From assembly GCF_009914755.1 (NCBI RefSeq), contig NC_060934.1: a stretch of DNA of 64,000 bases; one strand, 5' to 3'. Under the pieces are notes generated by a model that saw nothing but the letters and a program-made list of their open reading frames with translations, was not told the origin of the DNA and did not search any database. The stretch comes from the human T2T-CHM13v2.0 reference genome, Homo sapiens. A program made the translations under genes and the position numbers. The first letter of the stretch is position 1; the number at the start of each line of letters is the position of its first letter. Shown in pieces: positions 31,831 to 60,274 of the stretch.

Positions 31831-32131
31831 AGTCCTTTCATGTATATACATGTTTTTAATACTAGATTTGCCCTTAATTCATCTGGAATTTATATCTTCC
31901 AAGTGGGTATATTGTCAATTGTTCCAATATAATTTATGGAATTATTATTTTTCCCTACTGGTTTGAAACATCATTTTGATCTTGTCTTTCATTCTCATAT
32001 GTAAGGGTCAGTTTCTATATTTTTCTAATCTAACATGTCTACTTCAACATTAATTAATCTAACATGTCCAATTAATTAATCTAACTTGTCTATTTCCAAC
32101 ACCCAAATCATATTGTTATAATTCTCATAGT

Positions 32132-34565
<2,434 letters not shown>

Positions 34566-35627
34566 AAGAAACTTTCCCAAAGAGGTGCTGCTGGTAAGCG
34601 AATGAGCCCAATTCAATCCTAGATTCGCCTGACTGCACAACATTCTTGTGTAGCACCTGACCCTCACCAGTATTCCTGGAGGGAAGAAGCACATAGTGGG
34701 TCCTCCCTGGAGAGGAACACCAAGGGGTGCAGGATCTGGCTGCATCAGTGAAGTCAGAGGCATAAGTTGAAATGGACAGGAGAAATCAACATCTCCGTAG
34801 GAATGCTGGTGGCAGAGGATGTGTGGATTTACTTAAATACAAAAGGAAACCTCTGACCTTTAGTCATGCATCTTTGGAAAAACCATTTTGGAAATATTAG
34901 GTGACCTGGGCTCTAGGTACTACATAGAGCACGCCAGATAGCGCAGCAGGGGAGACGATTCCTCACCAAACAGACAATTTGGACTGCTTTGAGAACATTC
35001 AGGAAAAAAACAAACCGAGGAAGAATACATATCCTAAATATCCTGTCCTTTTGAGGAACCAGAAGAGGAAAAGTAAAGAAAACAAATAAACAAGAGAACC
35101 ACCCTCTAAGCCATTCATTTCAAGAGTCAGAGCGCAACTTGCTTCAAAATCTCTACACAAAGGCTGTCTCAATATTCTCCGCCCCCACAGAGGCCTTAAC
35201 TTTGCTTTTCCCCTTTTTTCATCCTAATCCTTCCTCTCAGCTATTCTCCTGTTCTCAAAGAGGTCGCTGATACTCTATCAAATGGACAGAGATGCAAAAC
35301 AGAGTCAGAAACATTTCATTATAAGAATATTTAATGATCAAGCTGGAGAGCTCCTAATTAAAATGTTGCAACTGGCTCGAATTGATTTTTTTCAAAACTC
35401 TGAGCATTTGATACCAGCTCAGATAATAAGGACAGGTGAATTGATTCCAGTATTCCTCGTTTTCCAATCACTGGTTGATGTGAGATGTGACTTGTAATTG
35501 AGTCCCTCAGTCTTTTAAGCTGCATGGAGCCAAAGTGGAAGTTGATGCAGAGCCAGGGTCAGTGAAGCTCTCGCACTGTCCCTTGCTTCCACCAGAGCTG
35601 TTCTACCTGTCTCTGTTGTATTTGCTG

Positions 35628-36745
<1,118 letters not shown>

Positions 36746-37090
36746 TTAGTCTTGCCTTTAATCTTAAGAAACATACACATCTGTGTGAGTCTCCTGACAT
36801 TGGTTTTGTGATTTATTCTTTGTTCATTCACACAGCAGATAACACATACATGTAAGCCATGTGCTCTGTGGTTAGGGTTTACTGAGGTGGACTGACCCCA
36901 TGAGGCATATGGTTAAGAAGGACTGCTGTCCCTCTGGTGCCAATCTATTGATTGGCTATCACCTTGGAAATGCACTCATCTGTGTGTTCCTTTGGGGTTT
37001 CTCAGTGAACCCCCAGTTCCCATGCTGCAGTGTCTGATGTTTACACTGAGCCATTGCGTGGGCAAAATTTCCATCATTCCACTTTACTGT

Positions 37091-37095
37091 CTTTC

Positions 37096-37159
<64 letters not shown>

Positions 37160-37371
37160 TCCCTCTTTCCTTCCTTTCTTTCTTTCCATCTTTCTTTCTT
37201 CCCTCTTTCTTTCCCCTTTCTTTCTTTCCTTCCTTCTTCTTTCTTTCTTTCCTTTCTTCCTCCCTCCCTCCCTCCCTCCTTCCTTCCTTTCTCTCTTTCT
37301 TTCTCTCTCTCTATCTCTTTCTTTCTTTCTTTCTTTTCTTTCCTTCCTTCCTTCTTTCTTTCTTTCTTTCT
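37091..37371 (+). repeat. Polypyrimidine array with perfect (CTTT)16 at 37097-37160, then CCTT/CCCT/CT units; forms the tail of AluJ 37372-37617(-)
   Basis: Read directly. Confidence 0.95.
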
Positions 37372-38190
37372 CAGAGCCTGACTCTGTCATCCACATGGGA
37401 AAGCAGTGGTGCAATCATAGCTTACTGCAGCCTCAAACTCCTGGCCTCAAGCGATCTCCCACTTCAGCCCCCCAAGTAGCTGGGACTACAGATGTGCACC
37501 ACTACACCCAGCTGATTTTTTTATTTTTAGAGATGGGGTCTTACTATGTTGACCAGGCTGGTCTTGAATTCCTGGCCTCAAGTGATCCTCCTGCCTTGGC
37601 CTCCCAAAGCACCTGGCCCCACTTTGCTGTTTTCATCCTTTCTCTCAATGGACAGCAGTCACCTGGAGATCATGCTCTGACCCACGTTTGTACTTATTGG
37701 CTCTCCCTGGACCCATGTTGGTTTTTCTAGAGAGCTATTTACAGTCAGCAGGGCATGGAGTGATCCTGAAACTGCTTTGCAGGATGGAGGTAGAAGATCT
37801 GTGGTAGAACATGAGCATGGAGTTCCTGATATTTTTCCAGGTCTGGCTGCATTTTTATCTTGGGGATCAGGTCAACTCCTTTCTATAAATCCACCATTTT
37901 AGCTTGTGGGAATTTAATAAAGAATTCACTACTTGTAAACAAAAGAACCTCAACAATCACTCTAGTTTACAGGAAAAGTCAATATTCCACAAATTTTGAT
38001 AAACATTGTTAATTACCAATTCCTTGCAACCCCTCTCACCATGGCCAATGAACACCGACCACCGTTTTGCACTGAGGGCCCTGGAGTTCTGGGTACAGGA
38101 AATGCAATTTGGTTCTTGGTCTTGGCTGGGCATAGCTCATACCACACCTTTCCATCTCTCTTCGAGTGGATAATTCTTATTCTTTCTTCA

Positions 38191-40411
<2,221 letters not shown>

Positions 40412-41605
40412 AAGAGACGATTTTCTCCACACAATTGTTTAAAAAAAAAAAAAGGAAGATTTAGAATTATCACTTAAATAATTAAATGAAAATGATTTTT
40501 CAAAAGTAACAACATCTTAAACCAGCTCTCATGAAACTGTTTTAAGATTGCCAGGAGGATGACATGGTGTTGAGGAAGGGCCCAGGGAGAGAAGTGGCAG
40601 CAGATTCTGTGCCATGGAGCCATGGAAACTTCTAGAATACTCACCCACCTTCCAGCATTTGACTGAATCTATCTTCATGTCCATGCTACCGTATTTGGGC
40701 CCAAAAAGTTGAGCTCTGTGTGTCACTTCTCAGCTCAAAATATTTCTGAAGATTCCCATGCCTGCAAAAGTCTGGTTTTGTCATAACAATGGGCAGAGCC
40801 ACCCGCAGAGCCAGGCAAGAGGAGCCCTGCATATCACAAATACCAAAACACTAAGACATTTATTGTTGCTGTTTTTCTTTTTGGTCTTATGAAGAAGATT
40901 TTCTTTAGAAAGTTCTGTAACAGATTGAGCTAATGGAATTATTCAAGAGGACATGTATGCTGAAGTAGGCCTCCCCTCCTCTTTGCAGGGTAGAGTTAGG
41001 GGCAGTGGTGGAGAAAAGAACAGCCTACCTGGGGAAACAGGCAAAGAGAAAGGGATATTGGCCATCCTAAATCAACCAGGGTAGGGGTCTCAGCAGGACG
41101 GCCTCCCCAGATAATGATGCTCCCTTCAGCCCCTGGCTCAGAAGGTATAGTCTTGGAGGCATCTGAGTTGGAAAAGAGGGACATGGAGGAGAAGGACCCA
41201 GGACTCTCAGTGCTATTAAGAGCTTCCTGGATCAGTCCCATCCAGGGTGCAGGAGGGTCCTGTCCCCACCTGGGGGCCCTGTCTTCAACTCATGCCCAGC
41301 CTTGCCCAGCAGATACCATGTCTGCCTGGGCTTGCAGCCTGGAGGGATGAGCCTGGCTCCTTTAGTCAATCTCCAGGTCAAGTGAAAACCTGAGCTTGGC
41401 CATGAACAAAGCTATCAAGTTTCAAAACCTTAACTATTTCAGCAAAGGGTATGTGGATCTGCCTTTGTATTCTCGTCCTGGGACCCATAAATGTTAGGGG
41501 CAAGCCTGACTCTCAGAATCATTTACTGAGCATTTAAATTTACCAAGTGCCTGGCACATTAGTAAGCACATTACTTACATGAATCCTAACACAGTCCTAT
41601 GAGGC

Positions 41606-42590
41606 AGGATCCAGCAATCACACTCCTTAATATTTATCCAAATGAGTTGAAAACTTATGTCTGCAAAAAGTTACCTAGATGTTTCTAGCAGCTTGATTTA
41701 TTTTGAGGCAGAGTCTTGCTCTGTTGCCCAGGATGGAGTGCAGTGGCATGACCTTGGCTCACAGCAACCTCCGCCTCCCAGGTTCAAGTGATTCTCCTGC
41801 CTCAGCCTCCTGAATAGCTGGGATTACAGATGTGCGCCATCATGCCAGGCTAATTTTTTTACTTTTGGTAGAGATGAGGTTTCACCACATTGGCCAAGCT
41901 GGTCTCAAACTCCTGACCTCAAGTGATCTGCCTGCCTCGGCTTCCCAAGTGCTGGGATTACAGGCATGAGCCACCGCACCTGGCCAGCAGCTTTATTTGT
42001 AATTGCTAAACTATGGAAACAACCCAGAGGTCCTTCAGTAGGTGAATGGATGTATGAGCTATGATGCATCTATGCAACGTATTACTATTCAGTGCAAATA
42101 AGAGCTATCAAGCCATAAAAAGACATGAAGAAAACTTAAATGCATATTACTAAGTGAAAGAAGCCATTCTGAAAGGCCACACACTGTAAGATTCCAACTA
42201 AATGACGTTCTAGAAAAGGCAAAACTGTGGAGACAGTAAAAAGATCAGTGGTCAACAGGGGTTAGGTGGGAGGCAGGGAGAAAGAGGAAAAACACAGGAT
42301 TTTCAGGGCAGTGAAACTATCTTGTATGATACTACTCCAGTGGATTGATATCATCATACAGATCTAAACTCATAGAATATACATCACCAAGAGTGAACCC
42401 TAATGCAAACTACGAACTTTGGGTGATAATGATGTGTTAATGTAGGTTTTATTGTAACAAATGTTCAACTCTGGCAGGGGATGTTGATAAGCGGGGAGTC
42501 TATGTGGGGCTATATGAGAAATCCTGTACCTCCCAGACAGCTTTGCTGTGAAGCTAAAACTACTCTGAAAAAATGAAGTCTATTTTAAAT
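41606..42590 (+). mobile_element. L1MC-type 3' end, with AluS (-) inserted at about 41697-41986
   Basis: ccagcaatcacactcctt...aaacttaaatgcatattactaagtgaaagaagcc...aagagtgaaccctaatg...aaaactactctg. Confidence 0.8.
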
Positions 42591-42819
42591 ATTATGAGAC
42601 AAGGAACAGGTACTGTTATCACCCCAATTTAAGTAACCTGGTTAAGTAACTTTGCCCAAGTTCCCACAGCTGGGAAGTGATGTTGCTGGAGCCAGGCTGG
42701 AGATTTCACACACGACCCCATCTTGCTCCAAAGCCTCCACCTGACCAACAGGTTCGGCAGCTTCCGTATTGGCCTGATCACAATCTGCCTTTCAGTGTGA
42801 CCTGCACTCTAGTGTGTTC

Positions 42820-43135
42820 CACTGTGCATGGATCACTTGTGCAGATTGTGATTCTGTATGTGTGGGGTGGGGCCTGAGAGTCTGTGTTTCTTTCTTTTTT
42901 TACCCCCTTACATTCGGGGTCTCATTATGTTGCCCAAGCTGGAGTGCAACAGTGCTATCATAGCTCACTGCAGCTTCGAATTCCTGGGCTCAAGAGATCC
43001 TCCTGCCTCAGTCTCCAGAGTAACTGGGATTGCAGGTGCGTGCCACCATGCCCAGCTAATTTTTTACACATTTCTAACCAGCTCCCAGGTGATGGGGGTG
43101 CTGCAGGTCCACAGGCCACCCTTTGAGTAGCCAGG
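42820..43135. mobile_element. MER5A-like element split by a right-monomer Alu (about 42895-43066)
   Basis: ggggtggggcctgagagtctg...tttctaaccagctcccaggtgatg...ccaccctttgagtagc. Confidence 0.7.
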
Positions 43136-43238
43136 GTCTATGTTCCACACACATCAACTTGTGGGCTAAATCTAGTGCGTATCCTGCATTTTACCATCTT
43201 TGTATTTTACATCTTTGTATCTTGTTAATACTCCTTCT

Positions 43239-43543
<305 letters not shown>

Positions 43544-43557
43544 GTTAATACTCCTTC

Positions 43558-43932
43558 TAATAGGGTTTGGCCATGTCCCCACTCAAATCTCATCTTAAAC
43601 TGTAGTTCTCATAATCCCCACGTGTCATGGGAGGGACCTGGTGGAGAATCATGGTGATTCAATTATCATGGAGAACAACCTCCATGTTGTTCTCATCATA
43701 GTGAGTTCTCACGAGATCTGATGGTTTTATAAGGGCTTCCCCCACTCCCTTCGCTCTGCACTTCTCCTTGCTGCCACCATGTGAAGAAGGATGTGTTCGC
43801 TTCCCCTTCTGCCATGACTGCAAGTTTCCTGAGGCCTCCCCAGCCCTGCAGAACTGTGAGTCAAACCTCTTTCCTTTATGAATTACCCAGTCTCGGTGTG
43901 TCCTTATAGCAGAATGAGAACGGACTAATATA
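43558..43932 (+). mobile_element. THE1 solo LTR
   Basis: taatagggtttggccatgtccccactcaaatctcatc...cggactaatata; flanks ccttc/ccctc. Confidence 0.88.
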
Positions 43933-44189
43933 CCCTCTATCCAGCATGGCTCTCTGTCACATCTCTGCCTGTCAAAATCATAATCATGCTTAGATATCCA
44001 AATTAAGTTCCACTTTCATTATAAACTATCACCTGAACCTCACCCCACCACAACTGTAGGCCAGAAGTGATCTCTCCAGCCAACCCACTTCCTTTGCATG
44101 TAGCACCCGTTCAGGCAGCACTGGTTACTTCCTTGTTATATTAGCTACCCCTTGTTCACTGCATATGCATCTGTTCACTTCTGTGTTTT

Positions 44190-44446
44190 TTAAATTTTAA
44201 ATTTTTGTAGTTTTTGTAGAGACAAGGTCTCACTATATTGCTTAGGCTGGTCTCAAACTCTCGGGCTCAAGCAATCCTCCTGCTTCAGCCTCCTGAGTTA
44301 CTGGGAATGACTAATTTTTGTATCTCTATAGAGACAGGGTCTTGCTGTGTCATCCAGGTTGGTCACAAACTTCTGGGCTCAAGTGGTCCTCATGCCTTGG
44401 CCTCCCAAAATGCTGGGATTACAGGCATGAGCCTCTGCACCAGGCC
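44190..44446 (-). mobile_element. Atypical left-left (FLAM-FLAM) Alu dimer
   Basis: Both monomers have left-arm gagtt(t)g(a/t)gaccag/aac...tctcta ends. Flanks cacttctgtgtttt / cacttctgctgtttt. Confidence 0.75.
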
Positions 44447-45270
44447 CACTTCTGCTGTTTTGAAAGCAGCTCGAGGATAGGGACTTTACACCTATCTCCT
44501 TAAAGATTCCTTAGTACTGAACAGGGCCTTGGACATAGAAAGGAACATGGTGTAGGACTCAAAGAGTGGCTCAGACCCTGCCCTGCCCCTGTCTTAAGCT
44601 CCCTGATGCTAGTCTTCTCTTCTAGAAAATGAGTTCAGTGACACCTACCCGTTTGGGTTGTTGTGAGGTTTAATTTAAATGTCATATGTAAAGTGCTTTA
44701 CCCAATAGGCCCTTGATAAAATGTCTATTGGATTGAATTTGCCTCTTGTATTATCTGTAAAAGGGAAGGGAGCGGACATGGGAGTGAATTAAGGACAAAA
44801 CCAGACCTGGCACCGAGTGTCTTAGCTTTTATTCCAATACGTTTTCCACTCTCCCAAGCTTTGCTGCCTTTTAATTCTATGAGTAGCTGTCATTCATGTA
44901 GCTAAAATTTGTTAGTGTTTACAGAAAAACACTAGAATGTTATTTACTGGGTTCACATTTTCTATACAAATCACTGACCAAAGTCAGATAGGGCTTAGAA
45001 AGAAAAGGTATCAATGTACCCTTAGGTCTTGGTAAGCCATAAAGTAACATAATATATAATATACATCAATAATGTGGTGGTATCTCTACATAACTCAACA
45101 CAGCAAAACTTAAAAGCAGGCAATGGTTTCCAGATGCAATGTGGAAAAAGAAATTATTATGATCAGCTGGAATAATTGACTTAACCAGTTACTTTCTGGG
45201 AAACTGTGGCAAACTCATTTGATTTCTCATTTACTTCATCTGGAAAATGGAAATGCTGCTACCACCTGCC

Positions 45271-45699
45271 TGTTATGGTCTGAATGTTTGTTACCCCCCT
45301 CCCCGACCCTGCCCCAAATTCAGATGTTGAAATCGAATCACCATGATACTAGGAGGTGGGGACTTTGGGGGGTGATTAGGTCATGAAGGCTGAGCCCTTG
45401 TGAATTAGGATTAGTGCCTTTAGAAAAGAGACCCCAAAGAGCTTGCTTGCCCCTTCCACCAAGTGAGGACACAGCAAGAAGGCACCATCTATGGACATGA
45501 AAGTGGGACCTCGTCTATGGCCATACCACCTAGAACACGCCCGATCTCGTCTGCAAGTGGGCCCTCACCACACACTGAATCTGCCAGCGCCTTGATCTGG
45601 GAATTCCCAGACTCTAGAACCATGAGAAAGAAATTTCTGTTGTTTATAAGCCACCCAGTCTATGGTATTTTGTTACAGCAGCCCATACGGACTAAGACA
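45271..45699 (+). mobile_element. MLT1A-type MaLR LTR (hosts the 5S fragment; interrupts a MIR)
   Basis: tgttatggtctgaatgtttg...ataagccacccagtctatggtattttgttacagcagcc...actaagaca. Confidence 0.82.
45513..45553 (+). pseudogene. 5S rRNA 5'-fragment retropseudogene (nt 1-41), tailless
   Basis: GTCTATGGCCATACCACCTAGAACACGCCCGATCTCGTCTG matches recalled human 5S rRNA nt 1-41 at 37/41. Flanked by aagtgggacctc / aagtgggccctc. Confidence 0.9.
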
Positions 45700-47784
45700 G
45701 CACCTTACCCACTTCTCAAAGTTACATAAGGAGCCAACAAATTACTGATATATGCAAATGCTAGGAAAAATGTAAGAAACTTTAAGCAAAAAATTATTAA
45801 CAATATCATTAGGCATAATATAGAGCTAAGGGGAAAAGGCAATTGATGTGAAATAGAAAGTGGAAGACTTGAAGGGCAAATATCAAGTGTTTTATGCATT
45901 GTTATTACTTTTTAGGCTTAAGGTCTTTGTTCAGACTTCTCCAGGTCTCAAATGAGACATGAACACTGTGGAAGAAAGTCAGAGAGCAGAATGTTTCTAG
46001 AACCACCTTCCATTTTTCAGAATAAGAAAAGATGGCTTATTTGATGTAGGCATGTTGATTGGCAGTGCAGGCTTGCAAATTCCTTCAGTATTAAGTCATG
46101 TCTTCAAAACTGGGTGGGGTGCTGAGTTATTAAATTTTTTCTTTTCCTCTGGAGGCTAAGGGCTTGGAAAGCTGGAGGCTACATGTGAAATGAGTTGGGT
46201 GGTCTTGGGCAAATTCTGTGTAAACAGCGTTGCTCATCTAAAAGTAGCACAAAACACTGCACATCTGTCTGTCCATATTATCCAAGCAGAATCTGGACTC
46301 CATTAATGTGCTGAGGAATAAATGTATCCTCTAATAAATGTTTTTGAAATCACAGTGAAAAGGAAGTTCCAGGACCCCTAAGGAAATGAGACTCTGCTGT
46401 ACCAATTTGTTGGCGGAAGCCTGGAAGAGGAGTGGGAGAAGGAAGCCGACCACAGCTGTGTCTGACTTAGGTTGTGCCTTCTTTGAGCATGAGAAATGTG
46501 AGGTTCGATATCAGAAGCTACTATTGAGTACCATAGTCTAGGCTGCCGATGAGCAATGCAAAATCACCTGGGGAAGGTGACCTCTGCTCTTAGGTTTTTG
46601 TGGGAGGATCTAGGAACAGCTCTTCAATGAGACATTCCACTGAGGCTGCATACTGGGCAACTGCTGAGCTCCAAATGTCAGGCACATCCACACTACATGG
46701 CCTAGCAAGGGCCAGTGGCTATGGAACAAGGCACGTGGGTTGTCCAGTTTTTGCATTCAGATATTGCTAGTACATAAAACATCTACTCTTCTCTCCCTCT
46801 GTCCCCATCAAATATTTCTGGTCATTGGCTGATGAGCATGAGAGCTTCTGTTTTGTAAGGGAGGGAGGAGAAGAAGTTTGACTGAGTCAGGGTGGCAGGG
46901 AAGAGGGAACAGGAGGGAGGGCTATATGAACTCTGTTCCCTGTCTGGCTCCTTTGCCCATAAATTGATTGAACTGCTTTCATCAGAGACTGTAAGATCCT
47001 GGGAGGAGTTAAAGGCCAGAAGCAGGTTATATTCAGAACTGTTCAGGGTCGCCTGCCTCTGTGAGAAACCTAGCCCTGCCTGGCAGCTTTGGGCAGCCCT
47101 TGGCACTTATATGGGCACTCCCTCAAAAGGCACCATCAGCAAAGGCTTCACTAAGGATCCTAGAAGAGGCTTCTCAGGGAGAACCAGGAAAAGCAGGAAC
47201 TGCAGCAGGGATTGGCGGAGGAGGTGGCAGATGCTCTGTGGTAACTGCAGCTGACAGGCTCATTTGTGGATGCAAGGGAGGACCCATTTGGGAACCCTGA
47301 GAAATTCTCAGGAAGGTGGGAAGAGTTAAACCCAAATCCAATGTACTTTGGGCATAGTCATAAAAGGACCCAATTTTGTATTTACTGACCAGTTATGCCA
47401 AGGGTTGAAGCTACATAGAAAATGACAATTGGTGTTAGAAATTTCAGTAACTTATTCAGAATCGATTTATTCTTCTTGTGATCATGTAAATTTAATTTGC
47501 TGTAAAATTCATGATATATCATGAAACTCCACTGAGTATGGGTATATATCCTTACATATACAGGATATATACCCTTAACATAATGCAGTTTATAAAACTG
47601 TTTCCTAATATAACAAAACCTTGCTTTTTAATTTTAAATGATTTGAAGGGAATGACTTTTATTGCTGTAGTTTAAAAATGTCATTATACTTTGGATAAGC
47701 CCCTGTGACTTCTGCTTCTTGCCTAGATGGAGTAACAAAGACCAGATTTATCCTCTTTCCTTAAAAATAAAAAAGACAGGCTCA

Positions 47785-51840
<4,056 letters not shown>

Positions 51841-51966
51841 TAGTAGTTTTCTACGCCTTAGAGAATGTGGGGGGTGGTGCATGAACGGCCTGGCTTAGGG
51901 AAAAGGAACAGCACTGGAACAGAAGAGAAAGAAAACCTAAAAACCTAGGAGGGCAAGAGCTGGGGT

Positions 51967-51968
<2 letters not shown>

Positions 51969-52014
<46 letters not shown>
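51969..52014. repeat. (AT)23 microsatellite
   Basis: Read directly. Confidence 0.95.
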
Positions 52015-52016
<2 letters not shown>

Positions 52017-52388
52017 GTAAATACATACACATGCATACACACATTCTCTATCCATATATCTAGAGAGGGAGACTGATTAAAAAATGGAAATCAATATCCC
52101 TTGATGCAATTTTTAACCCATTACAACAATAATATGAGTACAGACCTTCCATATAAAAATGTTTTCACATAATTTTCAGACACCTGGAAGTTATGTCAAC
52201 GCATATTTAATCTAAAAACAAAATAAAACTAGTTCCCCCCCTTCTTTCTTTCACTGCACTGACACAGTGAAACATCTCTGGCCTCAGCTAACTCTTTGGC
52301 CACATGGTGCTCCCACCACACATGTACAGAGAAGGGCTTTTGGTCCTGGGAAACTAGGGCACAGAAGTCAACAGTAGGTGTTCTAGAA

Positions 52389-52732
52389 CAGGGGTCCCCA
52401 AACCCCAGGCTGTGGATTGGTACTGGTCTGTGGTCGTTGGGAACAGGGCCACACAGCAGGAGGTGAGTGGCAGGAGAGGCAGCATTACTGCCTGAGCTCT
52501 GCCTCCTGTCAGATCAGCGGGGGCATGAGATTCTCATAGGATCACAACCCTATGGCGAACTGTGCATGCGAGGGATCTAGGTTGCATGTTCCTTACGAGA
52601 ATCTAACTAATGCCTGATGATCTGAGGTGGAAGAGTTTCATCTGGAAACCATCCCCCAACCCTTCCCTAGTCCATGGAAAAGCTGTCTTCCACAAAACTG
52701 GTCCCCGGTGACAAAAAGGTCGGGGACTGCTC
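52389..52732 (+). mobile_element. MER1B (hAT-Charlie) element
   Basis: Termini caggggtcccca...ggggactgctc; 8-bp TSD ttctagaa/ttctagag (NTCTAGAN target). Confidence 0.88.
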
Positions 52733-53081
52733 TTCTAGAGGGTGCTTCCCCAAGTCTTTAATTAGGAAGAAAGGCCATTTCTTCACTGGGCCTCCTCATG
52801 AGAATCCCAGAGTTCACTAGCTCAACTGCTGACAGTGCCATGCTAGTTTTAGTCTTTTCTTAATGGAAAGGGAGAAAAAGATGAAAGCAAATGCATCTTA
52901 TTTGGAGGCACTTCAGAGGAAAGTCAGAAAGTATGTCACTCGGTCTGTTGTGAGGAGCACTGGGTGGTCAAGCACTAAACACTCTGGAAAAATCCTGAAA
53001 TGTCCTCTGTGAAATTCAAGGTCTTTCCAATACCAAACAAAAGTGCATACCACTTAGCGTGTTCTTCTAAAAAGTTGAAAA

Positions 53082-53510
53082 GGCCGTGTGTACCTTTCGC
53101 CTGTAATCCTAGAACTTTGGGAGGCCAAGGAGGGAGGATCCCTTAAGGCCAGGAGTTTAAGACCAGCCTGGACAACATAGCAAGACCCTGTTTCTACAAA
53201 CAATTTAAAAATTAATCAGGTGTGGTGGTGCGAGTCCGTGGTCCCAGTTACTCAGAAGACTGAGGTGGGAGAATTGCTTAAGTCCAGGAGTTCAAGACTA
53301 GCCTGGGAAACATGGCAAAAACCCATCTCTACAAAAAATACAAAAATTTGCTGGGCATGGTGGCATGTGCCTGTAGTCCCTGCCACTCAGGAGGCTGAGG
53401 TGGGAGGATCGCTTGAGCCCAGGAGTTTGAGGCTGCAGTGAGCAATTATGAAGCCACTATACTCCAGCCTGACAGAGCAAGAATCTGTTTCAAAAAAATA
53501 AATAAATAAA
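53082..53510 (+). mobile_element. Trimeric AluJ-type element
   Basis: Left monomer, hybrid monomer and right monomer, with two A-rich linkers. Confidence 0.8.
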
Positions 53511-54454
53511 TGAACCATCCCCCAGATGGAGAGCATTCTGAACCAGTAGAAGTCCCCTCCTTGGAGTCAGTTAAAAGGCATTCCTATTCCTAAGTCTATC
53601 TCTAAGTCTATCCCTATCCCTAAGTCTAAATTTAACAAAAACCAAACAAAATAAAAAGGTACTCCTACTACCTGCTGTCCTCTTTTAGGATGTTCACTGA
53701 TGGCTTCTCTTCCCCTCCTCTCAGAATTAAGAAGGTTGTGGTATTTAGGATAAAAAATGAGGCAATGTGATGTTTTGGCAAAACCCTTTGATGGCAGGAA
53801 ACCCTGTTAGCATTTTGATAGAGTGAGTCAGCCATTGAGGCCTTCAGGGGAGTGATAAGAGTGTCCCCAGCATGACACTCCACAACTTGATGGAAATCCG
53901 GGGCTTCTTTGTAAGCATAACTGTTTTTCCCAAGAAGTGCAAACTAAAAACACAATGAGGTGGCCCTTTTGGCCTATAACATCGAGAAACATGTTAAAGA
54001 AATATAGTGATAATATCTAATATGTGGCAACAACGTGAAAAAATAGACGCTTTCTTTCATGAATGACTGTCAGATATATACATGAAATGCAACTGTTTGG
54101 CAGGGAAATTTGATCATAAGGTCTCAAAAGCTTTCAAAGTGCATGTGGTCTTAGCAGCAAGTCTAATGGGACAGTCAGAGAGGTGCACAATATTTTATGA
54201 ATAAGGATGTTTATCACAGCATTATTTATGGTGCAGGGCGTCTTTAAAGAATCTAAGTGTCCTATAATAGAGGAAGACTTGAAAAGTATGTAAAGGTGTG
54301 CATATCACGGGATGCTTACCAGCCATTAACAGTGATCTTGTAAAGTACTTTTTTTTGATAAGTGTCCAATTCAGGATTTTCTCAGCTGCAAGTGACAAGA
54401 ACTCCATTTGAACTAATTTAAACAGAAAGGTGACTGATGGAAAAGAAGAGCCGA

Positions 54455-60274
<5,820 letters not shown>

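Noticed and set aside
34930-34960. CTCF-like motif gcagcaggggagac
   Set aside because: Several core mismatches; not supportable from sequence alone.
36959-37479. Long K/E/R-rich and F/L/S-rich ORFs (also 23017-23467)
   Set aside because: Artefacts of stop-free purine/pyrimidine microsatellites.
45513-45553. Functional 5S rRNA gene
   Set aside because: Only 41 of ~120 nt are present, with no internal control region or T-run terminator.
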